This document shows, piece by piece, positions 30,676 through 39,872 of a DNA stretch of 64,000 nucleotides; position 1 is the first letter of the stretch, and the number at the start of each line of letters is the position of its first letter. A model generated the notes under the pieces. That model did not search any database and was not told the origin of the DNA. It worked only from the letters and a program-made list of their open reading frames with translations. The DNA comes from an uncultured Candidatus Saccharibacteria bacterium (GTDB lineage: Bacteria > Patescibacteriota > Minisyncoccia > Phycocordibacterales > 2-02-FULL-43-11). The DNA lies in assembly GCA_964348785.1 (NCBI GenBank), contig CAYGDO010000001.1, positions 21,724 to 85,723 of the forward strand, written 5' to 3'. The position numbers and the translations under genes are program-made.

Positions 30676-30681
30676 TGACTG

Positions 30682-32316
30682 TTATGAATTCAAGTATGGA
30701 CAATTTGTAGCAATTTCAGAAGTCATTTTTACTTTGCCAGTTTTAACATCCTTTGCATCTGGACATACAAATTTTGGTCTTGGACTTGGAAGCTGGATAT
30801 TTTTATAGTTCGTACTCTTCTTACAAACAATATCGTTTATTTTAGCTTTCGTAGTTATATACACACAACCAGTTGAACAATCTAATCCCCAACTTTCTTT
30901 CAAAACATCAAGCGCATATCTTTCTTGGAATTTTCTGACAATTTCAAATGTTGCATCATCATAAAGACCGGTAATCTTGATGTCGTATCCTTCATAATCT
31001 CTTAAGAATTTCTGAAGTTTAATAACTTCACTCTTTGCATCACCAAATCCACAACCAAGATAAGTTTTAAGATAAGGTTCACAAGGAGCGACAGGTTTAA
31101 CAATAGGTTTAGACTTTACAGCCTCAACAACTGTTGCCACCTGACTTTTAGTTTTTACTGAACCATTATAAACAGACCCCGTTTGCTTACTACCGCTAAA
31201 AAACGATCCTGATCTAGTTCCACCATTAAAAACAGATCCTGACTGTCCGCCTCCGCTAAAAATAGATCCTGAATCGTTACCATCATTTCCAACAGAAGAT
31301 AAATCTGTATTACCGTTTTGATCGGAACCATTTCCATAACTATCGCTATCCAAGTTCCCACCAAAAATATTATCTAAATTATTATTATCATTACCAAGAG
31401 AACCGTTATCACTAGAATCATTTCCACTTGAACCAGAATCTAAATTATTGTTTCCATAAGATAAATTAGTTTGACTTCCTGAACCATAAGAATAATTCCA
31501 GTATGAATCAGAATTTATAGAAGAAACATTTATCGCAACATTACCGCTTGAAATATTACCAGCTTGAATTGGCACAGAGTTACCCAAATTATTATTTCCA
31601 TTATTAAAGGAATTATTATTTGCAGATTGATTATTCAAAGAATTATTCAAAACTCCCCCAGTTTGAGAATTAAAATTAGAAGATGATTGAGAATTATTAA
31701 CACCGTTATTTTGTGATTGATTATTAGCTGAACCGCCTGAAACACTATTATTACCAGTAGTATTATTTAGTGATGATTGCGAATTAGAAGAATTATTATT
31801 TAAAACGCTATTACCAGTAGTTATATTATTAGCTGAATTAACATTTTGATTATTGTTAGAAACCGTTCCGCTTCTGTTAGTAGAACTATTTTGATTATTA
31901 TTTTGAGTAATACCAGATGACAAATTAGCATTCGATGAAGAAACGCTTGGAGTAATGCTGTTAGAAGCCGGTGACGGTCTCATTGCACTAATACCAACAC
32001 CCACAGAATTTGAATTGGAATTACCAACATTACTTTGAGTATCAAAAACTGAAGAAGCACCATGGCTTTGAATTTCAGAAGCACTAAATCCGTAAAAACT
32101 TAAAGGTTTCACTCCATCTGAAAAACTATTTTGTGTTGGAGTCGAACCGGTTCTAGGTAAAGGTTCAGAAGCTCCAGGAATAATCTGATAGTTGATTGTA
32201 TTGTCAGCAAAAATTGAAACTGGAAAAACCATTAATAACAAAACTGCAAAACACATAATTTTGCCCAAAAAATTCAAAGCAATTCCTCTTTTTACCGTAA
32301 AAATGTTTATACTCAT
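30682..32316 (-). CDS. secreted/cell-surface protein: signal/TM, long Ser/Asn/Gly-rich low-complexity region, C-terminal peptidoglycan-binding (PG_binding_1-like) domain and Cys-rich tail
   Basis: 544 aa; ...LKTYLGCGFGDAKSEVIKLQKFLRDYEGYDIKITGLYDDATFEIVRKFQERYALDV matches PG-binding domain. Confidence 0.6.
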   Translation of the reverse strand: MSINIFTVKRGIALNFLGKIMCFAVLLLMVFPVSIFADNTINYQIIPGASEPLPRTGSTPTQNSFSDGVKPLSFYGFSASEIQSHGASSVFDTQSNVGNSNSNSVGVGISAMRPSPASNSITPSVSSSNANLSSGITQNNNQNSSTNRSGTVSNNNQNVNSANNITTGNSVLNNNSSNSQSSLNNTTGNNSVSGGSANNQSQNNGVNNSQSSSNFNSQTGGVLNNSLNNQSANNNSFNNGNNNLGNSVPIQAGNISSGNVAINVSSINSDSYWNYSYGSGSQTNLSYGNNNLDSGSSGNDSSDNGSLGNDNNNLDNIFGGNLDSDSYGNGSDQNGNTDLSSVGNDGNDSGSIFSGGGQSGSVFNGGTRSGSFFSGSKQTGSVYNGSVKTKSQVATVVEAVKSKPIVKPVAPCEPYLKTYLGCGFGDAKSEVIKLQKFLRDYEGYDIKITGLYDDATFEIVRKFQERYALDVLKESWGLDCSTGCVYITTKAKINDIVCKKSTNYKNIQLPSPRPKFVCPDAKDVKTGKVKMTSEIATNCPYLNS

Positions 32317-32402
32317 TACTTATATATTATAACAAATTTATTAGCTATCTGTCAAGTCAATTTATAACGTTTATTCAAGCCTTAAATTAAGTTTTTCAGG
32401 AA

Positions 32403-32440
32403 ATAAAAAGGGGCCGACAAGCAAAGCTTGTCGGCCCAGA
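32403..32440 (-). terminator. rho-independent terminator
   Basis: GGGCCGACAAGC-tttg-GCTTGTCGGCCC then CTTTTTATTT on minus strand. Confidence 0.65.
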
Positions 32441-32456
32441 ATCCCAGCGTGGTTAT

Positions 32457-33587
32457 TCACCACCCGAGACGAAAGAAGCGTGAGGGCTCGAGTGCTCTCC
32501 CCACAACCACACCACGGTCGTAGATCGGGACTGTCCCGATATTGACCGGGTACTTGCCCGGCCAAATGGGATAGTCATAGACAGGAGCCCACGGACCCCG
32601 AGCGTCCGTCGCTGAGTACAATCGGGCCTGCTGGCTCCCGGTCGCTTGGAAGTCCATGAAGACTTGCCCCGCCCGAGAAATTTCCAACGTGAACGAAATC
32701 GGTGGCGAATAGCCCACCGGCAGGTCCAATCGGAGTTCCGCGAGGAGCTTTCCGGTAATGGCGCCCCAAACCCGATACCAGAAAACGTACTTGTTACAGG
32801 ACTGAAAGTCCCGTTGAATCTGGTAAAGATCACCAGAATACCTGGCCTCCTTGGCGGTGTAGAAACCGAGGGAATACAACTCATTCACACCCTGATAGTC
32901 AGGACCGGCCCGGATTGACTTGTCGTCACTCGTGCCCTTCCGACCATCGGGTCCGTATTGCACTCCTTGATTGGCGAAGCCGTAATCACCCAACCCGTAA
33001 TTCCAGAAGCTGTCGGTCCAGGGGTTTACTCCCCGAGAACCGTACTCGACTCGCTCGAGATTAACCGGCTCCGGCGATTGACGAATGGCGAGAAGTGCCA
33101 CCACTCGTGTACCCTGTTGAATGCACTCTTCGGATCGCAACTCCTGATTTCTCCAGAATCGAACGTTGCTTCCAGTGGCATCAACGAAGTCGTGCCACGC
33201 CAGTCCAGCGACCGGTGTAAAATCGGTAGGGGTATTCTGAACCGGGCTGGCCCCGCGTCCAGTCTGCAACCAACGCATGGCGTTCAAATTCCATGCATCC
33301 ACCGAGCATTCGGATGCCGGCGAAACGGCAATAGTGATGTCAGCGATGACTCCCGCGGCAAGGTAATTATTGGCAGGAGGGATTCCTTGCTTGGGATACC
33401 AGTCCCAGCTCTTCCAATCCTCCGCCCACGGATCCGTATCCGTGTAGAAGTGGATGGGCGCCGGTGTCCCGCACCCGTCACACCCGATAGTGGCCGGTTG
33501 GGTCACCGCGCCACCAATGGTGGCTTGGCCGAAGAGGTTGAGAACGAAACCGAAGACGAATCCGAGGGTAACGATACTGGTTTTCAT
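32457..33587 (-). CDS. GC-rich secreted hypothetical protein (Trp/Tyr/Gly-rich)
   Basis: 376 aa with N-terminal signal peptide; strongly GC-biased codons unlike neighbours. Confidence 0.5.
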   Translation of the reverse strand: MKTSIVTLGFVFGFVLNLFGQATIGGAVTQPATIGCDGCGTPAPIHFYTDTDPWAEDWKSWDWYPKQGIPPANNYLAAGVIADITIAVSPASECSVDAWNLNAMRWLQTGRGASPVQNTPTDFTPVAGLAWHDFVDATGSNVRFWRNQELRSEECIQQGTRVVALLAIRQSPEPVNLERVEYGSRGVNPWTDSFWNYGLGDYGFANQGVQYGPDGRKGTSDDKSIRAGPDYQGVNELYSLGFYTAKEARYSGDLYQIQRDFQSCNKYVFWYRVWGAITGKLLAELRLDLPVGYSPPISFTLEISRAGQVFMDFQATGSQQARLYSATDARGPWAPVYDYPIWPGKYPVNIGTVPIYDRGVVVGRALEPSRFFRLGW

Positions 33588-34087
33588 GGATTTCTGAGTG
33601 TCGAGGGTTGTTTGTGAAAAAGTTTTTTCGCTTCTTCCCTTATTTTTTTAGAAAAGAGCGAAACTCATCTCTTATTACTATAAAATTGACGAAAAGTCAA
33701 TGATATTGGGAATGAAAAAATGAAATCAAATTATGCTATTTTATTAATAAAATATTTTTACAAATTTACTATTTTTTCACACATACACCATTTTTTCGCT
33801 ATAGTGAAAAAATGGTGTATAGGTATTTGTTGTTTAATTGTTGTTTGAAATTTATTCACCCTAAAAATTTTATGGAAAATATTTTTTAACTATACTTTCT
33901 TTATAAAAATCAAAAAACAAATGCTTTGTAAAATAACTGTTGTTCAGTAATAAAATTGGGGGTCCATCCTATAAACTTTTTTGACATGTAAAATTTAGAA
34001 ACAAATCTAAAAATGTACAAAAGCAAAAGATAGTTTATAAAAAAGTTTTTAGGATAAATAAAAAAGACCCAGCATCTAGGACCCTTC

Positions 34088-34130
34088 AGGGGGATCTTTC
34101 GATGCTGGGTTCGCAAACGTGTGGTTGAGG
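34088..34130 (-). terminator. rho-independent terminator on minus strand
   Basis: ACCCAGCATC-loop-GATGCTGGGT followed on minus strand by CTTTTTTATTT. Confidence 0.55.
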
Positions 34131-34240
34131 CGGCCCGCCCGCTCCGTAGCGGGGATGAGTTATTTTCGGGGCTGATCATCACAGCCCTGAGATCTCGAGT
34201 TCGAGTTGCATGAGGAAGGTCCTCTGCGCGCCGGGGGACT

Positions 34241-34360
34241 TCAGGCGATGATGCCGATGGCGACGCCGATGGCCGTGGACGCGGAATTGACGATGGCGCT
34301 CTTGGTGCCGATGGTGTTCACGGTGATGTGCGCCGGGGGCGCGTGTTCGGTGGGCTTCAT
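34241..34360 (-). CDS. candidate 39-aa GC-rich small hydrophobic peptide (MKPTEHAPPAHITVNTIGTKSAIVNSASTAIGVAIGIIA)
   Basis: GAGGA 8 nt upstream of ATG; terminator about 110 nt downstream; alternative longer ORFs overlap in other frames. Confidence 0.3.
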   Translation of the reverse strand: MKPTEHAPPAHITVNTIGTKSAIVNSASTAIGVAIGIIA

Positions 34361-34511
34361 GGTGTTTGTCCTCGAGCTTGGTCGCGAATCTGCCCAATGC
34401 GGAGTTAGTGCCACACCAGTGACACACCTTTGGCAAAAGCCTTAGGTCGATAACTTGCAAAGAGCTGGGCAACCAAATAAAAATGCTACACCTGCCCCAA
34501 AAACCTGTCAA

Positions 34512-34523
34512 CCCCGTTAGAAG
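34512..34523 (-). repeat. CTTCTAACGGGG motif copy flanking GC-rich island at 34.1-34.5 kb
   Basis: accccgttagaagtaggacacgg. Confidence 0.55.
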
Positions 34524-34569
34524 TAGGACACGGACAAAATGTTTATGTTTCTAAAATTATGATAAAAAA

Positions 34570-35556
34570 TTATTTGAGTTTTAAATTTTTGATACTAGCT
34601 TTTATCAAACCTGCTACTTCTTTAGCAGAATTACAATTCATAAGTTCAATACGAAGTTCCTTTGCACCGTCAAATCCGCCACAATATGCCTTAAAATGTT
34701 TTTTCATAATTGCAAAATTTTTTCGCCCTTTAAACATTTTTTCAAACAATAAAGTATGCTCTCTTAAAACTTCCAATTTTTCTTTTGGAGAAATTGGAAG
34801 TTTTTTTCTTTTATTAAAAAGCCAAGGATTGCCAAAAATCGCTCTTCCCAGCATCACACCGTCTGCACCCGAATATTTTGCTTTCTCTTTTGCATCTTTT
34901 AAATCTTTTACATCCCCATTCCCCACTATCAAAGTTTCTGATTTTAATTCATCTCTAATTTGTACGGCTTTCTTGACCATATCCCACCTAGCTGGAACGA
35001 GTGACATTTCATTCCTGGTTCTTGCGTGTACGGTAATGACAGCAGGTTCCGTTTCAAGTAGTGCTTTAAGCCAGGTATCTAATTCGTCTTTTGCATAACC
35101 AATTCTTGTTTTTACAGAAACTGGAATTTTTTTGCCCGCAAGTCTAACACCCTCTTTAGCAGATAAAATAATTTGTTTAGCCAAATCATGATTTTTTATA
35201 AGACAAGCGCCTGCGCCACTTTTTTCAATTTTTCTTTCAGGGCAACCCATATTTATATCAATACCATCAAAACCCATTTTAGCTACCATTTTTGAGGCTT
35301 TTTTCATTGCGAGAGGATTTCCACTAAAAAGTTGAGCGACGATTGGCTTTTCCTTTTTAGAAAAAATTAAATTCATCATCAAAGCTTTTTTACCGTCTTT
35401 ATGGCACAGACCATCAGCTGAAGTAAATTCAGTCCAAGTAACATCGGGTTTACCGTATTTAGTAATAATCTGTCGAAAAGCGGCGTCTGTAACATCCGCC
35501 ATGGGCGCAAGACAGAAAAACGGTTTTTTCAATTTTTTCCAAAATCCTAATTCCAT
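34570..35556 (-). CDS. dus: tRNA-dihydrouridine synthase
   Basis: 328 aa; CLAPMADVTDAAFR, FMN TIM-barrel motifs, catalytic Cys region. Confidence 0.8.
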   Translation of the reverse strand: MELGFWKKLKKPFFCLAPMADVTDAAFRQIITKYGKPDVTWTEFTSADGLCHKDGKKALMMNLIFSKKEKPIVAQLFSGNPLAMKKASKMVAKMGFDGIDINMGCPERKIEKSGAGACLIKNHDLAKQIILSAKEGVRLAGKKIPVSVKTRIGYAKDELDTWLKALLETEPAVITVHARTRNEMSLVPARWDMVKKAVQIRDELKSETLIVGNGDVKDLKDAKEKAKYSGADGVMLGRAIFGNPWLFNKRKKLPISPKEKLEVLREHTLLFEKMFKGRKNFAIMKKHFKAYCGGFDGAKELRIELMNCNSAKEVAGLIKASIKNLKLK

Positions 35557-35581
35557 ACACTTCTAAACTATCAGAATAATA

Positions 35582-35616
35582 GAAAATAAAAAAGGCCACC
35601 TGAGAAAGTGGCCCCT
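35582..35616 (-). terminator. rho-independent terminator
   Basis: GGCCAC-ctgagaaa-GTGGCC with T-run on minus strand. Confidence 0.55.
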
Positions 35617-35634
35617 TAAAGAACACATCGAGAC

Positions 35635-37014
35635 TTACGCGTACTGGTCCGGTTTCCCTGGAACAGGATCTACGGACCGATACACTTCGAGTCTCAACCT
35701 ATCAACCCTGAAAATCGGGGCGAGCAGACGAAAGAGTCGTTCGTTTCGAACCGCATGTGATTTCGAACTAGCAGAGGTAAATAGATACTTAGACATATCT
35801 CTGCCAGAAAGAATTGAGGCGACGCCACTCTCCGCCGTAAGCAAGCTGGTCAAGACAATGTAGAAATGCACATCAAGCACCAACCTCTTTCGGGCCGGCA
35901 ACTGACAAGTGCAGTCCGCGTCCAAACCTGCCATTTCAACGAAAGAAGTGATGACATTGTCCACCGCTTCAGAGAGTGGGAATGACAGATTCCCCTCAAA
36001 GAACAATCGCTGGCTGTCCGCTGACAGAAAGCGATGAGTCTCTCCCTTCTCGTCAATCAAGCGATAGAAACGGCTAGGATCAGAGTTCGAGATTTCCTTG
36101 AGCACCCGCCTCAATCGTTCTTCGCCCAATGACCGAAACAAGAACGCCGAAGCCAACTCCACCTGCGGAAACATCACTTTGGTTGCGGCGACGTGGAAAG
36201 CAAACGGGCTCGCCGCCCGCAGGGCAATCCCCGGCAAACCATGATTCAAACTCTCCGGTAAGGTCCTGCTGGACCAGCGTGCAGAACCCGGCCAAAGGTT
36301 CTCATCGTCGGAAATGCGCACCCCAACACAATGGCACACACTGTGACCTTCGTTGTACGCACGTTCCATGAACTCGTGCATGAGAACCTTGCGCCCAGTA
36401 CGCGCCACCTCTTCAGGATTGGCACCGTGCCAAGAGCCAACGTGAGTCGTCCGAATACAACTTGGCGGGAGACCACTTATGTCTTTGTAGCCAGCATCGA
36501 CTACGACAAACAGTTTTTCCTCCTTCCTACGTGAGTCATCACCGTAAGGCCAGATGCAGAGATGATCGGCCCTGTCAGTCCAGTTCCTGCCGTGGAGCAC
36601 CCAAGTACTGATGATATTCCTAGCTAGACTATCCAAACGGCGATCAGTGTATTCCCTCCTCGTTCCCAACTTCCAAATGGCTGGCGAGACATTGGCGTAC
36701 CGACCAACTGAAAGGACCCAGATATCTCCCTCCTGCCTCGCGTCTTTCATCGAGCACGAGCAACTTTCAGGAGCATCCTCAAGAAACAAGCCCTCTTTCC
36801 GACCCAGAACGAGAGCAAGAGGCCTGGTCTCGCCAGTCACTTTAAAAGTCACCTGGCCTGTCCACTCACCGTCACCTGAAGATGAAAAAGAAAGTCCGAC
36901 CTGATCGGTGGAAAAGCCTCCAGCGATTTTTCTGAGGATGACCTCCGCGACCCCGCCCGAGTTAGCCGAGATAACCGACACCAACTCACTACCAGGTTTA
37001 ATTGTCGTTGTCAT
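35635..37014 (-). CDS. GC-rich hypothetical protein (about 459 aa from ATG at 37014)
   Basis: Track ORF extends to 37167 but upstream extension is AT-rich and contains a terminator hairpin (GGGCCC-tcaaacg-GGGGCC+TTTTCTT at about 37090-37120); no family recognised. Confidence 0.5.
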   Translation of the reverse strand: MTTTIKPGSELVSVISANSGGVAEVILRKIAGGFSTDQVGLSFSSSGDGEWTGQVTFKVTGETRPLALVLGRKEGLFLEDAPESCSCSMKDARQEGDIWVLSVGRYANVSPAIWKLGTRREYTDRRLDSLARNIISTWVLHGRNWTDRADHLCIWPYGDDSRRKEEKLFVVVDAGYKDISGLPPSCIRTTHVGSWHGANPEEVARTGRKVLMHEFMERAYNEGHSVCHCVGVRISDDENLWPGSARWSSRTLPESLNHGLPGIALRAASPFAFHVAATKVMFPQVELASAFLFRSLGEERLRRVLKEISNSDPSRFYRLIDEKGETHRFLSADSQRLFFEGNLSFPLSEAVDNVITSFVEMAGLDADCTCQLPARKRLVLDVHFYIVLTSLLTAESGVASILSGRDMSKYLFTSASSKSHAVRNERLFRLLAPIFRVDRLRLEVYRSVDPVPGKPDQYA

Positions 37015-37361
37015 TGCTTGCCTTGTTGTTTTGCCTGTTTTCGTCAAAGAACTTATCGCCCGTCTCCACACGGAGTAGCGATTAAGAAAAGGCCCCCGTT
37101 TGAGGGCCCGTTTCTTCAATTGATTTTTGCAATAAGAGAAACCGACCCTCAAACTTGTGGGGACCAAAAGCTAAAATAAAAGTTTGCAGTTCGGAATTTC
37201 ATAGTTATATATAAATCATACATAATCGTTTTTTTATGTCAAATGTAAAAAATCCACACCCCAAGGTCACACCTCCTATAAAAAACACTGTCAAACTAAG
37301 AGTGATTTTAAGATCTATATATGTAAAAAGTACAAAGTTCGACCTTGTAAGTAATTTGGTT

Positions 37362-39860
37362 TTAGTTTCTAACCTTAATCAAATCCTCAGAGCCAAAAAC
37401 AATTTTTGTTCCAGCAGGAGCTTCACCACGTAAAATTTTATCCGCCACCATGGTTTCTATTTTGTCCTGTATTGCCCTGTTCATAGGTCTAGCGCCAAAC
37501 GTAGGATCAGTACCTCTTTCAACTAAAGCATTTATGAGTTCAGGTGTAATCAAAACTTCCAAACCTTTTTCAACCAAACGCTTATTTAATTTTTTCATCA
37601 TAAGTTCTGCGATCTTGGCCAAATAAACTCTTGTTAGAGGTTTAAAGATTATGGCGCCATCAAAACGATTGATCAATTCTGGTTTAAAAATTCCTTGATT
37701 TACTATATAAGAAATAATTTCATCTTTGTTAATTGCGTTCTCCCCTTTCTCTTTAACAATCTTCCAAATCATTTCACTGCCAGCGTTTGATGTGGCGATA
37801 ATTATCAAATTTCTAGCATTCACTTTTCTGCCTGACATATCTGAAAAAATTCCTTCATCAAGAATCTGCAAAAATAAATCCATAACGTCTTTAGAAGTCT
37901 TTTCAAACTCATCCAAAAGCAACACACCATAAGGCTTATCCCGAAGCATTGAAGTTAAAACGCCTGGCTTTCCAATTGCAAAATTTCCTATAAGTCTTTC
38001 TAAGGCATCAATGGTTTTATATTCAGACATATCAAGACGCATAATGGCACCTTCGCCTCCAAAAAATGCGTCAGCCAAAGCCTTTGTGGTTTCCGTCTTT
38101 CCAACACCTGTAGGACCCAAAAATAAGAATGAGCCCATGGGACGATTTGGATTGCCCACTCCAGAATGAGAACGTCTTATGGCACTAGCTACAGACCTCA
38201 CGGCTTCTTCTTGCCCTATTACTCTTTCTAAAAGCAAATTCTCCAAATTTAATAAAATAGAAATATTCTTTTTATCTTCCGCGATGTTGGTTGGAACACC
38301 GGTTTTTTGCTCTACTACCTTCATAATATCTTCTCTGCCGATTGTCTTTCCCTTTGAACTATTCAAAGAAGCAACCTCAACTAGCAAATCGTCGGCCTTA
38401 CCTTCAACAGAAGATCCAAAGAAAAATCTTTCAGCACTTTCAGCGGAAGCACGCAATGCTTGATACAAAAAGTAAACTCCAGTCTGGCTTTCTATCCTTA
38501 AAGCTTCATCTTCCAAATATTTTAAAACTGGGCCAAGACCAACTGATTTCATAAGAACTCTTTCAAAGTTTCTCATAATTGCATCATTATTTTCCATTGT
38601 GGCATGAAAACTAGATACTGAAGCTGTTCCAATAATATGTACCTGTGGTGCATTAAAATACCAAGACAAAAGAGCAATCATATCAGAACCAATTTCTTTG
38701 GCAGAAGATATAAGGCCAGGCAAATCTTTTAAAACTAAAATAATATTGCCGGCTCTCAATGTTTCATTCAAAGCTGAACGAAAATGAGCTTCAAAAACAG
38801 TTTTTTCTTTTGAGGAAGAGATTATATTTGTATAATCTAAGACATAGATAAGTTTATGTTCCAAATTGGGAAAAACTAATCCTTTTTCTATCATATAACC
38901 CAGTCCACCAATAATTGACAGGGCTTCTTCGTTTGTGTCGGCTACGATTACCGCATTGGCTCCTTTTATTTTAGAAAGAACTTGTTCCAAATCCTCAATT
39001 TCCGTTTTCCTAATTGAAACAACATCCTCGGCACCATTGTAATATGGAGAATTAGTAATTAACGAAGCATATTTTGAAAGAGTAGGCACATCAGCATAAG
39101 CCCAATCTTTCCCAATGCCAGGAATCCTTCCCAATCTATCCTTACTCCACCACCTACCCCTCTTTCTAAGATTCAAAAGCATATTTTCAGCCCACAAAGA
39201 CGCGCCTACAAAATCCTCCTTTGTAACTCCTCTTGAGGAAAGAAAGATAACAAAATCTTTGTCAGCTTCAATAAGACCTCGTGAAAAATTTTCAAATCTA
39301 ATTTTTTGAGAATCGCTTTTAATTGAAAGGGAGTTGAGAGTTATTTTAGAAACAGATTTTGAATAAAAATCCACCACTTCGCTAAAATTTAGACCCAACC
39401 TTGATAAAGTAACCAATCCTGTTTTTGAATATAAAAAAGCTTCAACTGCCAACGTGCTTGAGTTCCTATAGAAAATCGAAGCGGATTCAAAAGTCATTTG
39501 CATATCATTTTCTTTCCCATCTTCATTCACCAAATCCAAAAAAGCATAAGAATGATAAAAAGCTTTTAATGCCAAAATCATTAGTTGAAACGCTAGACAT
39601 AAAAGAAAAGTACCGAAAACAATTGGTTCCCAATGTTCTATATCAGAAATAAACTTTTCCGAAAAGAAAACATTGGAATTCAACTTTGATGACAGAAAAA
39701 ATAACGATAAAAACCCGGAAACAACCGATAAAATATTTAAAACGAAACTGTATAGACTATGTGAAGAAAAACCAAAAAATTTATCGAGAAAAATCGCGGG
39801 ATAAAATCTTAGCGCTTCTCTTCTTAATTCTTCAATTGTTTTGTTATTGTTTTCAGTCAT
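37362..39860 (-). CDS. Clp/Hsp100-like AAA+ ATPase with N-terminal transmembrane region, degenerate first AAA module and intact ClpB-D2-like module
   Basis: 832 aa; LLERVIGQEEAV..., GPTGVGKTE Walker A, LLLDEFEK Walker B, sensor-2 region GARPMNRAIQ. Confidence 0.6.
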   Translation of the reverse strand: MTENNNKTIEELRREALRFYPAIFLDKFFGFSSHSLYSFVLNILSVVSGFLSLFFLSSKLNSNVFFSEKFISDIEHWEPIVFGTFLLCLAFQLMILALKAFYHSYAFLDLVNEDGKENDMQMTFESASIFYRNSSTLAVEAFLYSKTGLVTLSRLGLNFSEVVDFYSKSVSKITLNSLSIKSDSQKIRFENFSRGLIEADKDFVIFLSSRGVTKEDFVGASLWAENMLLNLRKRGRWWSKDRLGRIPGIGKDWAYADVPTLSKYASLITNSPYYNGAEDVVSIRKTEIEDLEQVLSKIKGANAVIVADTNEEALSIIGGLGYMIEKGLVFPNLEHKLIYVLDYTNIISSSKEKTVFEAHFRSALNETLRAGNIILVLKDLPGLISSAKEIGSDMIALLSWYFNAPQVHIIGTASVSSFHATMENNDAIMRNFERVLMKSVGLGPVLKYLEDEALRIESQTGVYFLYQALRASAESAERFFFGSSVEGKADDLLVEVASLNSSKGKTIGREDIMKVVEQKTGVPTNIAEDKKNISILLNLENLLLERVIGQEEAVRSVASAIRRSHSGVGNPNRPMGSFLFLGPTGVGKTETTKALADAFFGGEGAIMRLDMSEYKTIDALERLIGNFAIGKPGVLTSMLRDKPYGVLLLDEFEKTSKDVMDLFLQILDEGIFSDMSGRKVNARNLIIIATSNAGSEMIWKIVKEKGENAINKDEIISYIVNQGIFKPELINRFDGAIIFKPLTRVYLAKIAELMMKKLNKRLVEKGLEVLITPELINALVERGTDPTFGARPMNRAIQDKIETMVADKILRGEAPAGTKIVFGSEDLIKVRN

Positions 39861-39872
39861 TATCTAAAAAAT

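Noticed and set aside
34179-34511. 110-aa His/Arg-rich minus-strand ORF and 79-aa plus-strand ORF in the small GC island
   Set aside because: Both are plausible only because every frame is open in GC-rich DNA. Neither has a recognisable RBS, whereas a shorter internal ORF does. Left as uncertain.
35635-37167. Phage terminase large-subunit identity for the GC-rich 510-aa ORF, and its extended N-terminus
   Set aside because: There is no Walker A/B ATPase half of adequate length. The extended N-terminus reads through an AT-rich terminator hairpin, so the start was moved to 37014.
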